Below, piece after piece: positions 13,501 through 25,500 of a stretch of DNA of 64,000 nt. The DNA comes from Stylophora pistillata (Eukaryota): assembly GCF_002571385.2 (NCBI RefSeq), contig NW_019218160.1, positions 243,581-307,580 on the forward strand. Reading direction: 5' to 3'. The translations under genes and the position numbers were made by a program. The notes below the pieces were generated by a model that was not told the DNA's origin, made no database searches, and saw only the letters and a program-made list of their open reading frames with translations. Positions within the stretch are counted from its first letter, which is position 1. The number at the start of each line of letters is the position of its first letter.

Positions 13501-16500
13501 NNNNNNNNNNNNNNNNNNNNNNNNNNNNNNNNNNNNNNNNNNNNNNNNNNNNNNNNNNNNNNNNNNNNNNNNNNNNNNNNNNNNNNNNNNNNNNNNNNNN
13601 NNNNNNNNNNNNNNNNNNNNNNNNNNNNNNNNNNNNNNNNNNNNNNNNNNNNNNNNNNNNNNNNNNNNNNNNNNNNNNNNNNNNNNNNNNNNNNNNNNNN
13701 NNNNNNNNNNNNNNNNNNNNNNNNNNNNNNNNNNNNNNNNNNNNNNNNNNNNNNNNNNNNNNNNNNNNNNNNNNNNNNNNNNNNNNNNNNNNNNNNNNNN
13801 NNNNNNNNNNNNNNNNNNNNNNNNNNNNNNNNNNNNNNNNNNNNNNNNNNNNNNNNNNNNNNNNNNNNNNNNNNNNNNNNNNNTTGAAGAGCTAACGAAT
13901 ATTGAGAGTACTCCTCCTACCGACGAACAGGGAGCTGCCGCTTCTTCTCAACCGTTGTTGCACTCTTTGGCCGAATCAGTGAAGCTTTTGTCCTCTGAAA
14001 TGAAGGCTCTTCGACGGGAGGTGAATGGTCTTTTAGCCTGTTCTGATCCAGGATGCAATATGGTGTTCAAGAAATTCAGTGAATTAAAAAGTCATCTTGA
14101 TGTAGGAGACCGCCACCAAATTCTCCGAAATTCTGATACAGTGTTTGACAAACTCAGAAGAAACTGGGCGGAGAAATTCTTCAATGTTAACGACGAGGAA
14201 ATCGACAGGACATTAGCAAGAAGAATGGTAGTCCCAGCAGCGATGTGCAGCTTTACTGGGCACTACATAAGCCACGAAGCCAGGAAGTCGTACGTTTCAC
14301 TTCTGATATTAAAGGCAGATCGCGGAAAAGTAGCTCTAGATATGAGAACGGCAAGAACGGCAGAGAAACCTAGAACGGCAAGAAACCCAGACAGCTCCCA
14401 CATGTTTGAAAGGAAGGACTAGCTAATGAAGACTCGAGTGCAGGGGTTTTTCTCGAGATTGGCGGCCGCAAGAACGAGACAGGGAAGCTGAGAAATTGAA
14501 GTGGAGGAAGTTTATGCAGAGGAAGAGGAGCAAGAGAGACGTGAAATGTTGGAAAACGTTACCGACCAGCTTGGTCTAAAACACCTTATTTGCTCTGGCT
14601 CATACTGCTTGTGTGACCTCACACGCGATAAGAAACTTGAAAGTTTCAGCGTAGTCATGCGTAAGAAGATGCTTAAATTTTTTGAGATTCCATATGGTTG
14701 CCGAGATGGGAAAAAAGATCTTGTAACGACCAAAACTTTCACGACCAAAATTCGCTTTTATTGGTTTTCTATCTGCTCATCGGACCTCGTTAGTCGAGTG
14801 GGTAGGCCTTCCCAAACATTACAAAAAACGGAACATTCTTGAGCGACTGAGGTCATGTGATGATTTCATGTGACAAAAAGGGCGGGAAAACACAAAAACA
14901 GGGAACCCAGCAACAGATATGTTAACTAAACTTTCCACATTCTTAGAGGGATGTATCTGTAACTGATAGGAAAAGGTCTAAACTTTTTAATAAAAATGTG
15001 GAACATTGTTTGATCCGTTTTGGTAAGGACTGGTTCGGCGTACACGGGGTTCCAAGTACTTTTTTCAGAACATATCTAGGAATAGAGCTTTACTTTTCTG
15101 GCAGCAGAGAGAATAGTTGATAAAACAAAGATAATATCGAAATAAGAGGAAAATAGCGAAAACATAGAAGCGTAGCTGCAAATTTTTCCGCCGACTCAAT
15201 CAATTAATATTTTGAAATCCTACATGAATCACGCGATGTAAATCTCTCCAAATTCGTTTACTTCCTGAATCTATTATAACCAAGTAAGAAAAGGTCATTT
15301 AACTTTAAAGAGATAAATAGACAGTGAATCATCGGCGGTGATTATCAAAACTAAAAGAGAAAACTTAATTCATTTATCTCTTAGTGGCCACTGATTTTGT
15401 ATTTTACCTTTTTTACTCTAATTATTACTATTTTACGATATCACGTAAAAACATGAGCATTTCAACGTGCCTGCCGCCTGAAATCGGTCGTCATAATCAT
15501 GCCTTCAAAAAAAATTACTTTTTGGTTCTCAATGAGGTAAATGCTGGTATAATTTACAGTAAAAATAAGAAAAGTATCACTCTTGACACAAACCATTTCT
15601 GTGCGATGTAGTTAAATATGAATCCGTGACATTTTCAAAGTAAAGACCGTGACACATGACTGAATCAACCCATTCTCGGGGAGATGTTCTTAAGCTCTGG
15701 TAAGAGATAAAGTTCTCTTCATAATGGCATATTTGGAATGAGCGTTTCTAAGTCTGTAAGTGAGAGCAATTTTAGTTTTTTCATACCATATGACAGCGGT
15801 CAAGACTAACTTAATGGAATAATTTGGATATATCAACAAAGTTGAAGTGGTAAATTGGCCACCGTAACGATTACGAAAGCTGACGTTTCGAGCGTTAGCC
15901 CTTCGTCGAAGGGCTAACGCCGTCGAAGGGCTAACGTCGCTCCGACGAAGGGCTAACCCTCGAAACGTCAGCTTTTGTAATCGTTACGGTGGCCAATTTA
16001 CCGCTTCAACTTTGTTGATATTTCCAAATTATTTCGTTACTCCCACCGACGCAGCCCCAAACAGTTTCTTTTGAAACTATCAGCCTTTATTAACTTACTG
16101 GAATTTTGTCAACATGTTCTAGGCCCCATGAGACAGTTAAACGTAATGTCACTCAGATGTTCATTTGTACTTTTGTAATTGCTAGATTTGGGGAAAGTTT
16201 GGATGAATTTATGAACATCCGCAACTTAAAAAAAGCAACCGTGCTAGTTTTGAAAATAGTCACTGCCTCAAATATTGATTTTGAGCAAGAAATAGAGTAA
16301 CACAAATCTGCATAAATTAAGTCATATGCACTTTGACCGTAGAAAATTAGTAAAGTTCATCGAGCTCCTGTAGCTCGAAAAGACTAGTTACCAAAAATGT
16401 TTTTGTTGTTTTCGGCACACCAGCCCTAGTACTAAACATGGATAGTGGTGAGGACTCCAGATCCCGTTATACTTTTGAGAAAAGCGTTTTGGAACAACAG

Positions 16501-19500
16501 CACACTCACTCAAATTTGGAAAGTGCTGTTTGTGTGGTATTTTCTAAACAGCGTAATTCTTAATTCTTTGGTCAGAATTTATATATTTTGCTATTAATCA
16601 ACAGAAGAGATGTAAAATGATACCACATGTCCGATTTATGTTATTTGAACGAGTGCGTAAGTTTTTGGAGCCTCCAGCGAAACGTTGGAAAATTGACTCT
16701 CAAATAAACAGTTTTCCTCACATCTTGTCGCCAAAAACTTGATAAAATAGCTTTACGAACCAAATAAATACAATTTTTGCTGATAGAATAAATCAAATAT
16801 CTCACAGTAAAAATTAGAGGGAATTCTGTGATCGGCCGAAATTCGAGTGGTCGGTTCTTACACGGACAGCCTCTTAATTTACAATATAAATTTAACCCAC
16901 CTAGAATTTCAATATTTTGATGTCTTTCTCATTACTGGGTTCCCCCTCTCCTCCTTGTCTCGTAAACACGAAATCTGAAGTTAAATCACCGCTTAAAAAA
17001 ACAGTGCCGTCATCATGCTTTGCGAATTTTTAGAATGTAAGCTTGTGATTGATATTAGCTGGGAAGTGTATCAGCGCAAAATATACTTTAAGCCTTTCTG
17101 CACTTTAAAATAAAAACCCCTAGGTGTATGCAGGGTACATGCTGCTTCGTCTGTGTGATTGTTTCAGTGGCCACTAAATATGTCTTAATTTGGATTCGAG
17201 GCACCTGAGCGAGTCGGCTAGAGTCTCGAATTGGAAATGATAAATTTTTTTCAGAAGACAGTGCTAAAGTTTTCAGAGGCCAACGGACTTTTATTTCTGC
17301 CTTTTCAGCTGTTTAAAGCAGAACAAGATGCTGCACCAGAAAAAAATGCTTCAACAGAAAGCAACGCTGCCCCAGGAAAGCATGCTGCTGAGGTAAGTTA
17401 GTGGTTTTCTTACCTAACTTAGAGTAGCAACCAAAAGAAGGTGTTCTGGCTGAAGAGTAACATGTCTGTACATATCTTGCCAGAGTTAATCTGACGGTGT
17501 TAAGATGTCCAAGCACTGGATGCATTTCAATAGTCATCATCAATAGTTATTTCTGCCTTTTCAGCTGTTTGCGACAAAAAAAAATGCTGGACCACAAAAA
17601 AATGCTGCACCAGAAAGTAACACTGCCCCAGGAAAAAATGCTGCTGAGGTAAGTAGGTGGTTATCTTACCTAACGTTGTGAAAAATAATGACCAATAGGA
17701 GGTGTTCTGGTTGAAGAGCAACATGTTGGTACATATTTACTTGGCACAGTAATTTGACGGTATTAGTGTGCCCAAGCATGGTATGCATTTCAATAGTGAC
17801 TTCATTTTCAGTTTTTAGTTGGTACCAGGAACACGATAAATGCCAGAAAAACGTCCACCTACTTAGATAAGTCAGCTCTTCAAACACAACCAATTTTTTT
17901 ATGCGACGGAATTTGGAGCTTGATAATCACAGAAATACGGTTTATTCCCCCTCCCAGAACACTTCAGAGAAGGCTATTTATTTCATCAATTTTGTACGTC
18001 ACTTGATGATAAAGATTTGTCCCTCTGCCCCACTTAAAGCAATTTTGAAGTAATTAGATCACATCGTTTGTGGTTTATACTTGCTGTGAGAGAACACTTT
18101 TAAATAGGTGCATACTTTTTATGCTGTATTCCTCTATTCAGAGAATAGTGTGGTCTCCTGGAACTAGAGTGATGGGAAAATATGCTTTCAAGGGGCGAGA
18201 CTCAGAGGTAAGCATTTTAATGATTTTATCAAAAATTGACTTGTGTTTGAGATAGTGGTGATGTTACATTGGTGACCAATTACTCACGCCGAAGGTTACA
18301 TAATTTTCTTTACGAGCCAGAAATTTCAAAAGTAATCAGTTATTTACACCCAGGAGAGCCTCTTTTTTTCTGTTTCATCATTTCATTAAGATTCTGAACT
18401 AGGAAAATATGGACAAGCCGAAAATTGAGCCCACCATTTTTAACTTGACTACTTGTCGTTTGTAAACGTAAAGGAACAAAGCTAATTTGCTAATTCTTCA
18501 AAGAAGCTTTCTCCAAGCATCTATTGATTGATGGTTCCTTTAGTTTATTGGAAGAAAACGTCAATAAAAGGGTTGGCTTACACAAGGGTACAATGTTATA
18601 ATCATTGACATCAGGTCAAACGGTCCAAATAATTGAAATGTTAATCTTTTATGTCTGTTCTATCTCAAGGATATGAGTTAACTATGAAAACAAATCACTG
18701 CTGGGTTAAAGGGCTGACAAATCTTCTTTGTCATTTAGGATCTGCCGTTTAAAAAGGGCGAAATTCTCATTATAGAAACAGTTACCAGGGTGAGTCCATA
18801 TGAAAACCTTGCAAAATTGTTCGGCATCGCTTATGGAACTGGGAAAAAGGTGTATTTTCGCGCTACCTCTTGTTTATGAGCATTACTTTCCGGTGAGACT
18901 CACCTTCCTCTGATTGAAAATTTGTCTGAAGTTTGGGTAGTAGCATGGCTGCCTACAAAATGACTCAATGAATTCGATAATGGGGTTTTGGTTTGTTTAT
19001 GTAGTCGCAGGTCATCAAGTTTAATGCTATGAGTGTAAAGGACCAGCGGATACTGGTGTTTCGGACTACAGACTGTCTAACAGGCGTATACACGAAATAG
19101 AATGTTCATGCCGTCCGGGACTGAAACCTAGACCTGCTGTACCGTTACTGGGCGCTTTATTAGCTGGGCCAAACAGTCGGCAGATTTATTTGCATGGTTT
19201 TTGTGGTCTCGAATATATTAATGTTCTTATAATCAATAACAAATTAATATATCGGAAAAGGTCTTAAAGATGTGAGGTAATTTCAATTTGGGAATCTTTG
19301 ATGAATATTGTTACGAGCGTGTCCACGAGAAAATCGGGAAGGGGGCGATAAACCACCTGCATTTTTTGCATAATTAATTAGTCAACTTTGCATTGCTGCT
19401 GTGACAAACTGAAAATCCATCTGCAAATTCAATCAACTGGGTTGTATTCTTTATTTATCAGACTTCAAGAAAACTGAATTGTTTTAACTTTTTCATTTCA

Positions 19501-22500
19501 TTTCTTCCCTTACCTCTCGCTTAAGAAAAGACGACTTTTTTCTAGTTTTGACAAAGTCGAAAAAATAAGGATATTTTAAAGCCCGATATCTCCGATGACC
19601 TACCACTTCTGATCATTATTCCTATATGGGCAGTGAAAGCCATCACTGGACTTCCAAAACACCCTTATTTGTTAACTCATGATACTTAGTATCTGTGCCA
19701 AATCGGTGATTTGAGGTTTAACGCTCCTGTCCGGTTCTGCCCGTTTTTCTCGGGGACACACTCTCAATTTTGTCTCATCTCTGTTTTCTGTAGGGTCACA
19801 ACTGGTATGGAGCAGTTAATAGTGAGGGACGAAAAGGATTCATTCCTGTCAACTTTGTTGAGAAATGTTTTACGTTCCGCGCTGTTGAACTCGAACCCGT
19901 GTTGTAAGTTAATTTTCTGAAAGCCTTCAGAAGAGTTAGATCTCAACGTTTGCAACTTGCCAAGTTTCCTATAATGCTGCAGAGTTTCAAAATTGTTTCT
20001 ATAATTGTTCACCTTGATAGTTTAGTATTGCAGTGAACAGGAGATTAGCAGGTAGACATGTATTAGGAAAATGCAACTGTGTTACTGTGTGGTACAAGCC
20101 ACAACAGCAGGTGATGGATCGACTGTATTTAATGTGCATCTCGGATCGTAATTTTAATGGTTCATAACGAATTGAGTGTATTTTCGTCTTACCTATACAA
20201 ATGAAACCGTGGAGGCGCGGTGGCCTCATGGTTGGTGCGCTCGACTCCGGATCGAGTGGCTCGGGTTCGAGCCCCGGCCGGGGACATTGCGTTGTGTTCT
20301 TAGGCAAGACACTTTACTTTAGGCAAGACACTTTACTCTCACAATGCCTCTCTTCACCCAGGTGTTTAAATGGGTACCGGAAAATTTAATGCTGGGGGGT
20401 AACCCTGCGATGGACTAGCATCCCATCCAGGGGGGAGTAGAAATACTCCTAGTCGCTTCATGCTACAGAAACCGGAGTTAAGCACCGGCCTGATGGGCTA
20501 CTGGCTCGTAAATAGACTTTACCCATACAAATGAAACAGTTTAGCAACGCATTTTTCATGAAAACAAACCTTCTAGATCATAAAGACTGAGAAGCGTCAG
20601 AGAGGTTTGGAATTATTGCGCTAAATGCTCTATACGAAAAAAAAAGTAAAAGTTAAAGTTCGCAAACGGTTCGTGAACGATTCTTAAACAATTTAGCTGT
20701 ATCAAGTTTGGTCGATTAACTTGGCTGTTATTCGACGAAGCGAAAGGTATGAAAATAGAGTGGAAGCCCATATCTGCGTGATAGTTGATGAGTATTCACC
20801 GAAGTGTAGGTGGCACAAGGTTGGATATTGTATTGAGCCGTGAAGCGGCGAGGGAAATATCCATCGCCAGCCACCGACACTGTAAATAGTATATACCAAA
20901 AAAGTGAGAAAATATAGCACGGTTACAATTTATTTGGACTCAAATCCTGCGCAAGTTCCTGGGAGGTGAAAAGGAAAAAACATAAACCCCTCCAGGCGAC
21001 TGGTATGTCACCTCTACTGTCTGTGGCTGAGATATTGTCCGAAAAATGAATATTTGGTTGAGAAGCGAAGCTTCGAGTACAAATGTGATATTATTGAGGA
21101 CAATCCCTCAGCCAAAGACATCATCACCCGACAGGTTTATATATATTTTAATAACCTGCACATTAATTTTCACGCCGGGTAAAGGCAGCTCGGAAAAAAA
21201 GCTATTGTTGATCTTTTTTTGGGTGTTTTCTGGAGCAGCATTAGCAACCAGCGTTTAAATGTCACTATCACTGGACTCTAAAAAACGAAATTGTTTTTCC
21301 TCCATGTAAAATATTACGGATGACGGGTAAAATTCTTCATCTGGCTTTTTTTCTGCAAACTTTGTTTCATTTCGGAAACAGAAAAAATCTCGACGCAAAC
21401 GGGAGTCGTTGCGTGATACATGTCTGGGATTTTGACATGAAGTAGCCAATAAGATCGCGCAAGAATTCGTGGGTGGGTTTTAAGAAAGGATATTCGGAGT
21501 TTGAGTAGCCAACCAGAGCACACTTTCAAAGCTATCCACAGTTTAATTGTAAACTAATGAAATTACCCGTTGCTTCCGTACTCACGGACGTTTCATACTC
21601 GGTCGATTCCTCTTCAGCAACGATCGTTGGTACACAGTCGATTGAATCGTTTCGTACCCATGCAAAAGCAATTAAGTCGAAGCCAGTTTTCTCGCCAGTA
21701 AAAAGAATAGAACTTGTTTTTTATCCAGAAGCTAACCAATTCGCACAGGCTTCAATCGCGAACTTTCAATTTGTGTTTGAAGTGGGCACGGTGAAGGGGC
21801 TACGCGTATTGTAGAGGCCGGAAGTGATAACAAGGAAGACGGTGATGCCAACGAAGACGATGCGAAATAAACAGATGAAACTGTATCTATTTTATCACCT
21901 ACCGGATTGCGATCTTTTTTTTTTTCACTTAATTGTTTCTGATAAGTTTCATGATCTTTTCAAACCTTCACGCGTGGTTACAGCTTGATTATCAATTCTT
22001 AACTGGAAGCTATTGTTTGTTTTTGTTTTGATCAAAATCACAGATCGTTTCATGGGGATATAAGCAGAAGAGAGGCTGAGATGCTTCTTAACCCTCGCGA
22101 AGACGGATTGTTTCTGATAAGAAACAGTGGCCACTATAAGGGGGACTATGCGATTTCGGTCTGGTATGTTTGTAGTTTGTCGTAATTATAAAGTGAACTT
22201 TTTGTATCTTCGAGAAATATTAAAGAGACGAACGCTTCGCTTATCGCAAGGTGTCACTGGGGAACTCTTTGATTAAAGATTCTTGGAAACTTGGTCCTAA
22301 TAACTCCTTGGTAGCACGTAGTCAATACTTAGCTCCTTAAAGTGATTCTTCCGAAGAAAAAGATGTCGTACAATTTTTTTATACTTACCTTAATGTTCCT
22401 ACCAATGTCTGTTTCGAAAACTACAATAAAAGAGATAGGCCACCTTGGTTGCTTAAGAGATATAATAGGCTGGTCTTACCCTATATATGCTTGTGCTGCA

Positions 22501-25500
22501 GTGGCTAATTCTCTCCTCATTAATTTGCTTCTACTAATGATACCTTAATATGTGTATTCTGTTGCTTCAAATCATCATTTTATCATTTCGACATTTTAGC
22601 TCATTAGTGCGCTTGTCGTGCATTCTTCTTCACAGCTGTGGTCACAAAGTTGAGCATTACAGAGTCAGAGTGAGTGACGGTGAAGAACTTACAGTAGACG
22701 ATGAATTTTCTTTTGGAAGTCTCCCCAAATTAGTAGAGGTAAGTAATGTGTATATCAGGTTCGATAGTAATCAGTCCTCCAGTAAACTGTATAGTTTTAA
22801 GTTTCGTGCAAATAATAAATACCATGCACAACTACTATGACAATGCAAAATTCTTTTAGTTAACTTTTATTTTACTGATTAGAGCCTCGAATATTGCTTT
22901 GAGGTTTTCCCCCATTGCGAGTTCGCCATCAACTACCGAGTTCGCCGCCTTTGGTAGAACAAATTCACCCCACTTTTGTGAGTTCGCACTCAATGGAATT
23001 TTTATGCTTGTTTCTTTATAGCGGAAAGTATTCCTTTGTGTATTTTTCAAGTCAATGTACCTCACATAGCAGAGCAGAACATTGAGAACAGAGTAGACTA
23101 TGCTCTGCGCAAAGCAAAGCATTTCAAGCGTAGAAGAACATGGCACATATTGATCGATTTAACTTGTCCAGCTACTGAGACGTGGATCCTTCTTATCTAT
23201 AAAAACACGCTCACGTACAACAAAGAATACTTTTCAAATTCTAAACGAAATATAATCTGCTAAAGTGGTTTAATAGACGTATCTCGAACAAACCACACGA
23301 GAGAATGGCGCCCCATGAAAATAATGCAAATGAAAAAGTCCAAAGTATGCCAATATTGAGGATCGAAATGAACCAGCGAACTGAAGAAGACGGCGCAAGA
23401 ATAAACGCAGACCAACTTGTTACTCATAACCTTATGCTACATCCTACAGTATGTTAATTTGACCAGTTAGCCACTACTCCTTTACATCACGGTCTGGCTT
23501 TTCTTAGCGTTATTCAAAGGACCCAGATGGACTATGTACGAGATTAGCAAAACCTGCCACGTATAAAGGAGAAACATTTTATACCAGCATCGATCGGTGG
23601 TGTTTTGATAACGGTAAGCAGGCATGCAAGTAAATGCGAAAATTTTTCCTTTAGGGGAAGATTTGCCTATAGTTTTTCCGAAAAAAAAAAGGATTTCAGT
23701 AATATGGGTAGTCTATACTTTATTGACCTTGTACAAAGTGAACTGGCTGAAGAAGTTTTGTTATGATTTCTCTCAGTTACTCGAGCCACCCTCAAACTTT
23801 TGACTTACTTACATTGTAATAGTCTTTTATAAGAAGGAAAGGCTAAGTTATAACACCCCTGACAATATTCATCTTTCGTTGTTGAAACAGCAGTGTATAA
23901 ATATTTCCGTTTTTCATTACGCAAGAAGTTGCTGTGGTTGTCAAGATAGAATTTAAAGAGATCCGATCAATCAGAAAAGAGGAAAAATTTTATGCAGATA
24001 ACTCGAACCTTCGAGAGAGTTCAAGGTGTAAGGCTAAGTTTTGGGGCGGTTGTACCGCTGAGTATTTTTACGAGCTATACCGTATTTTAGTAATTTGGTT
24101 CATCAGTTGAGTTGAAATTGTAACTGGGACGTTTTCTTGAGTAGTAGTGAGTAGGCAAATTGAGAACCTAGGACGCGATTTAAAATGTCGTTGGTTCACC
24201 GATGAGTACAAACGTACAAAATTTGTTTTCTTCTAGGTGGATGGGAAATAAACCGCACATGCCTTTATTCAAGGAACTGCATAAGAAGGGGAGACTTTGG
24301 GGGCAAGTATAAAGAATAAAAAGTTGCCGTTATTGAGAACTAAAAAAGGTTTCGTCTTAAATTTTCACTGTCTCTTGTAGCATGTGATCATTATTTCACT
24401 TAATGCTCCTTGAGTGCATCGCAAGGAACGCATAAAATAATAGTCTCACTCTTGATTTGCTGAAGTGTGCATTACGTTTCTTAAGATTTAAGCCTAGAAG
24501 GCCTAGAAGATCCCTCCCTTACATAGGACAATAGGAAATGTGTAGATGTATGGATAGACCGACAGAAAAACCTATAAGTAAGAATATAAATGAATCGATA
24601 CTTAAGAAGGTCGTGGTTTTTTTTCAATGAATGAACTTGCGATCGTAAATGAAGAAAAACAATTAGCAGATTGACCTATATACAACTAAGAAGATTCTAG
24701 GGCTTAGGTAATCACCAAATGTCATACCCTAAACCTAAACGGTCGTAAACGGACTTACCCCTATACCCATGATACTACAACACAGTCCCCATGCCTTGTT
24801 ACATTTCCTCGTGCCCACGAAATCTTTATTTTACCCTTTATTGCAAGCTCATTCGCGAAAAATGGTCTTTGTCAAATAGAGATTGTATTTTAGCAGTAGT
24901 GAGGAGAAAATTTGAGCAGTTAGCTGTAGGTGGAAATGTAATTTATCTTAATATGGAAAATGGGATTGATCAGTTGTTCATTAACCCCTCAGATATTTTT
25001 CAAGCCGAATACCTTAGTCACAAAGTGACTGTGAAAAAATATTCAGCAAAGAGCTATCAAGATGTTCAAGCGTTTTTACTTGAGGCTGCCATCATGACGT
25101 ATGTAAATCTTGACATTGTAGAGTTTTATAGTGATGAGGCTTTTTGGTTCTTTTGAAAATTTACCCAATTTTATTTCAAGCAGGTTGATCTCTCACCTGG
25201 CTTATTCTGAGAACTCTTTTTCATCATCCATCCATTCCTGAAGGTAAATGACTAACTACCGTGAGAAAGTGCTTTGAACTTTGGCTTTGGCTTTTTAAAC
25301 GGCGGCGATAGGGTTGCATTTGAGACCTTACCATAGTATGCAAGGTCTGATGAAAAATTAGAAGGAACAGTTACTTTTTGACAAGTTTCTTGATAAGTTA
25401 AAGTACCAAATAACTAGGTGTTTGTCAATCTACCTATTAACAGTTTTTATTTAGAAATAGAAAGAATATGAAAAACTGCATTGGGCAGACATGCAGGCAG

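Larger units (their letters stand above)
11488..16873. mobile_element. Long-TIR DNA transposon remnant, Sola3-like, in intron 1 of the chimeric gene
   Basis: ~0.85-1 kb inverted arms (11488-~12460 and ~15470-16705). The right end ...GACAGCCTC is followed by TTAA. Decayed internal ORF ~14030-14720 with a C2H2-like finger ([26 protein letters not shown]) and a QGFFSRLA motif. Left terminus appears deleted. Confidence 0.6.

Noticed and set aside
11890-16300. Mirror ORFs 11895-12092 and 16106-16300
   Set aside because: They are the two arms of the transposon inverted repeat.
20208-20285. Functional tRNA gene
   Set aside because: It is the head of a SINE with body, tail and TSD.
19904-22635. Apparent loss of the first SH2 exon (absent from the ORF track)
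   Set aside because: The exon is present at 22044-22163 with FLIRNS and good splice sites.
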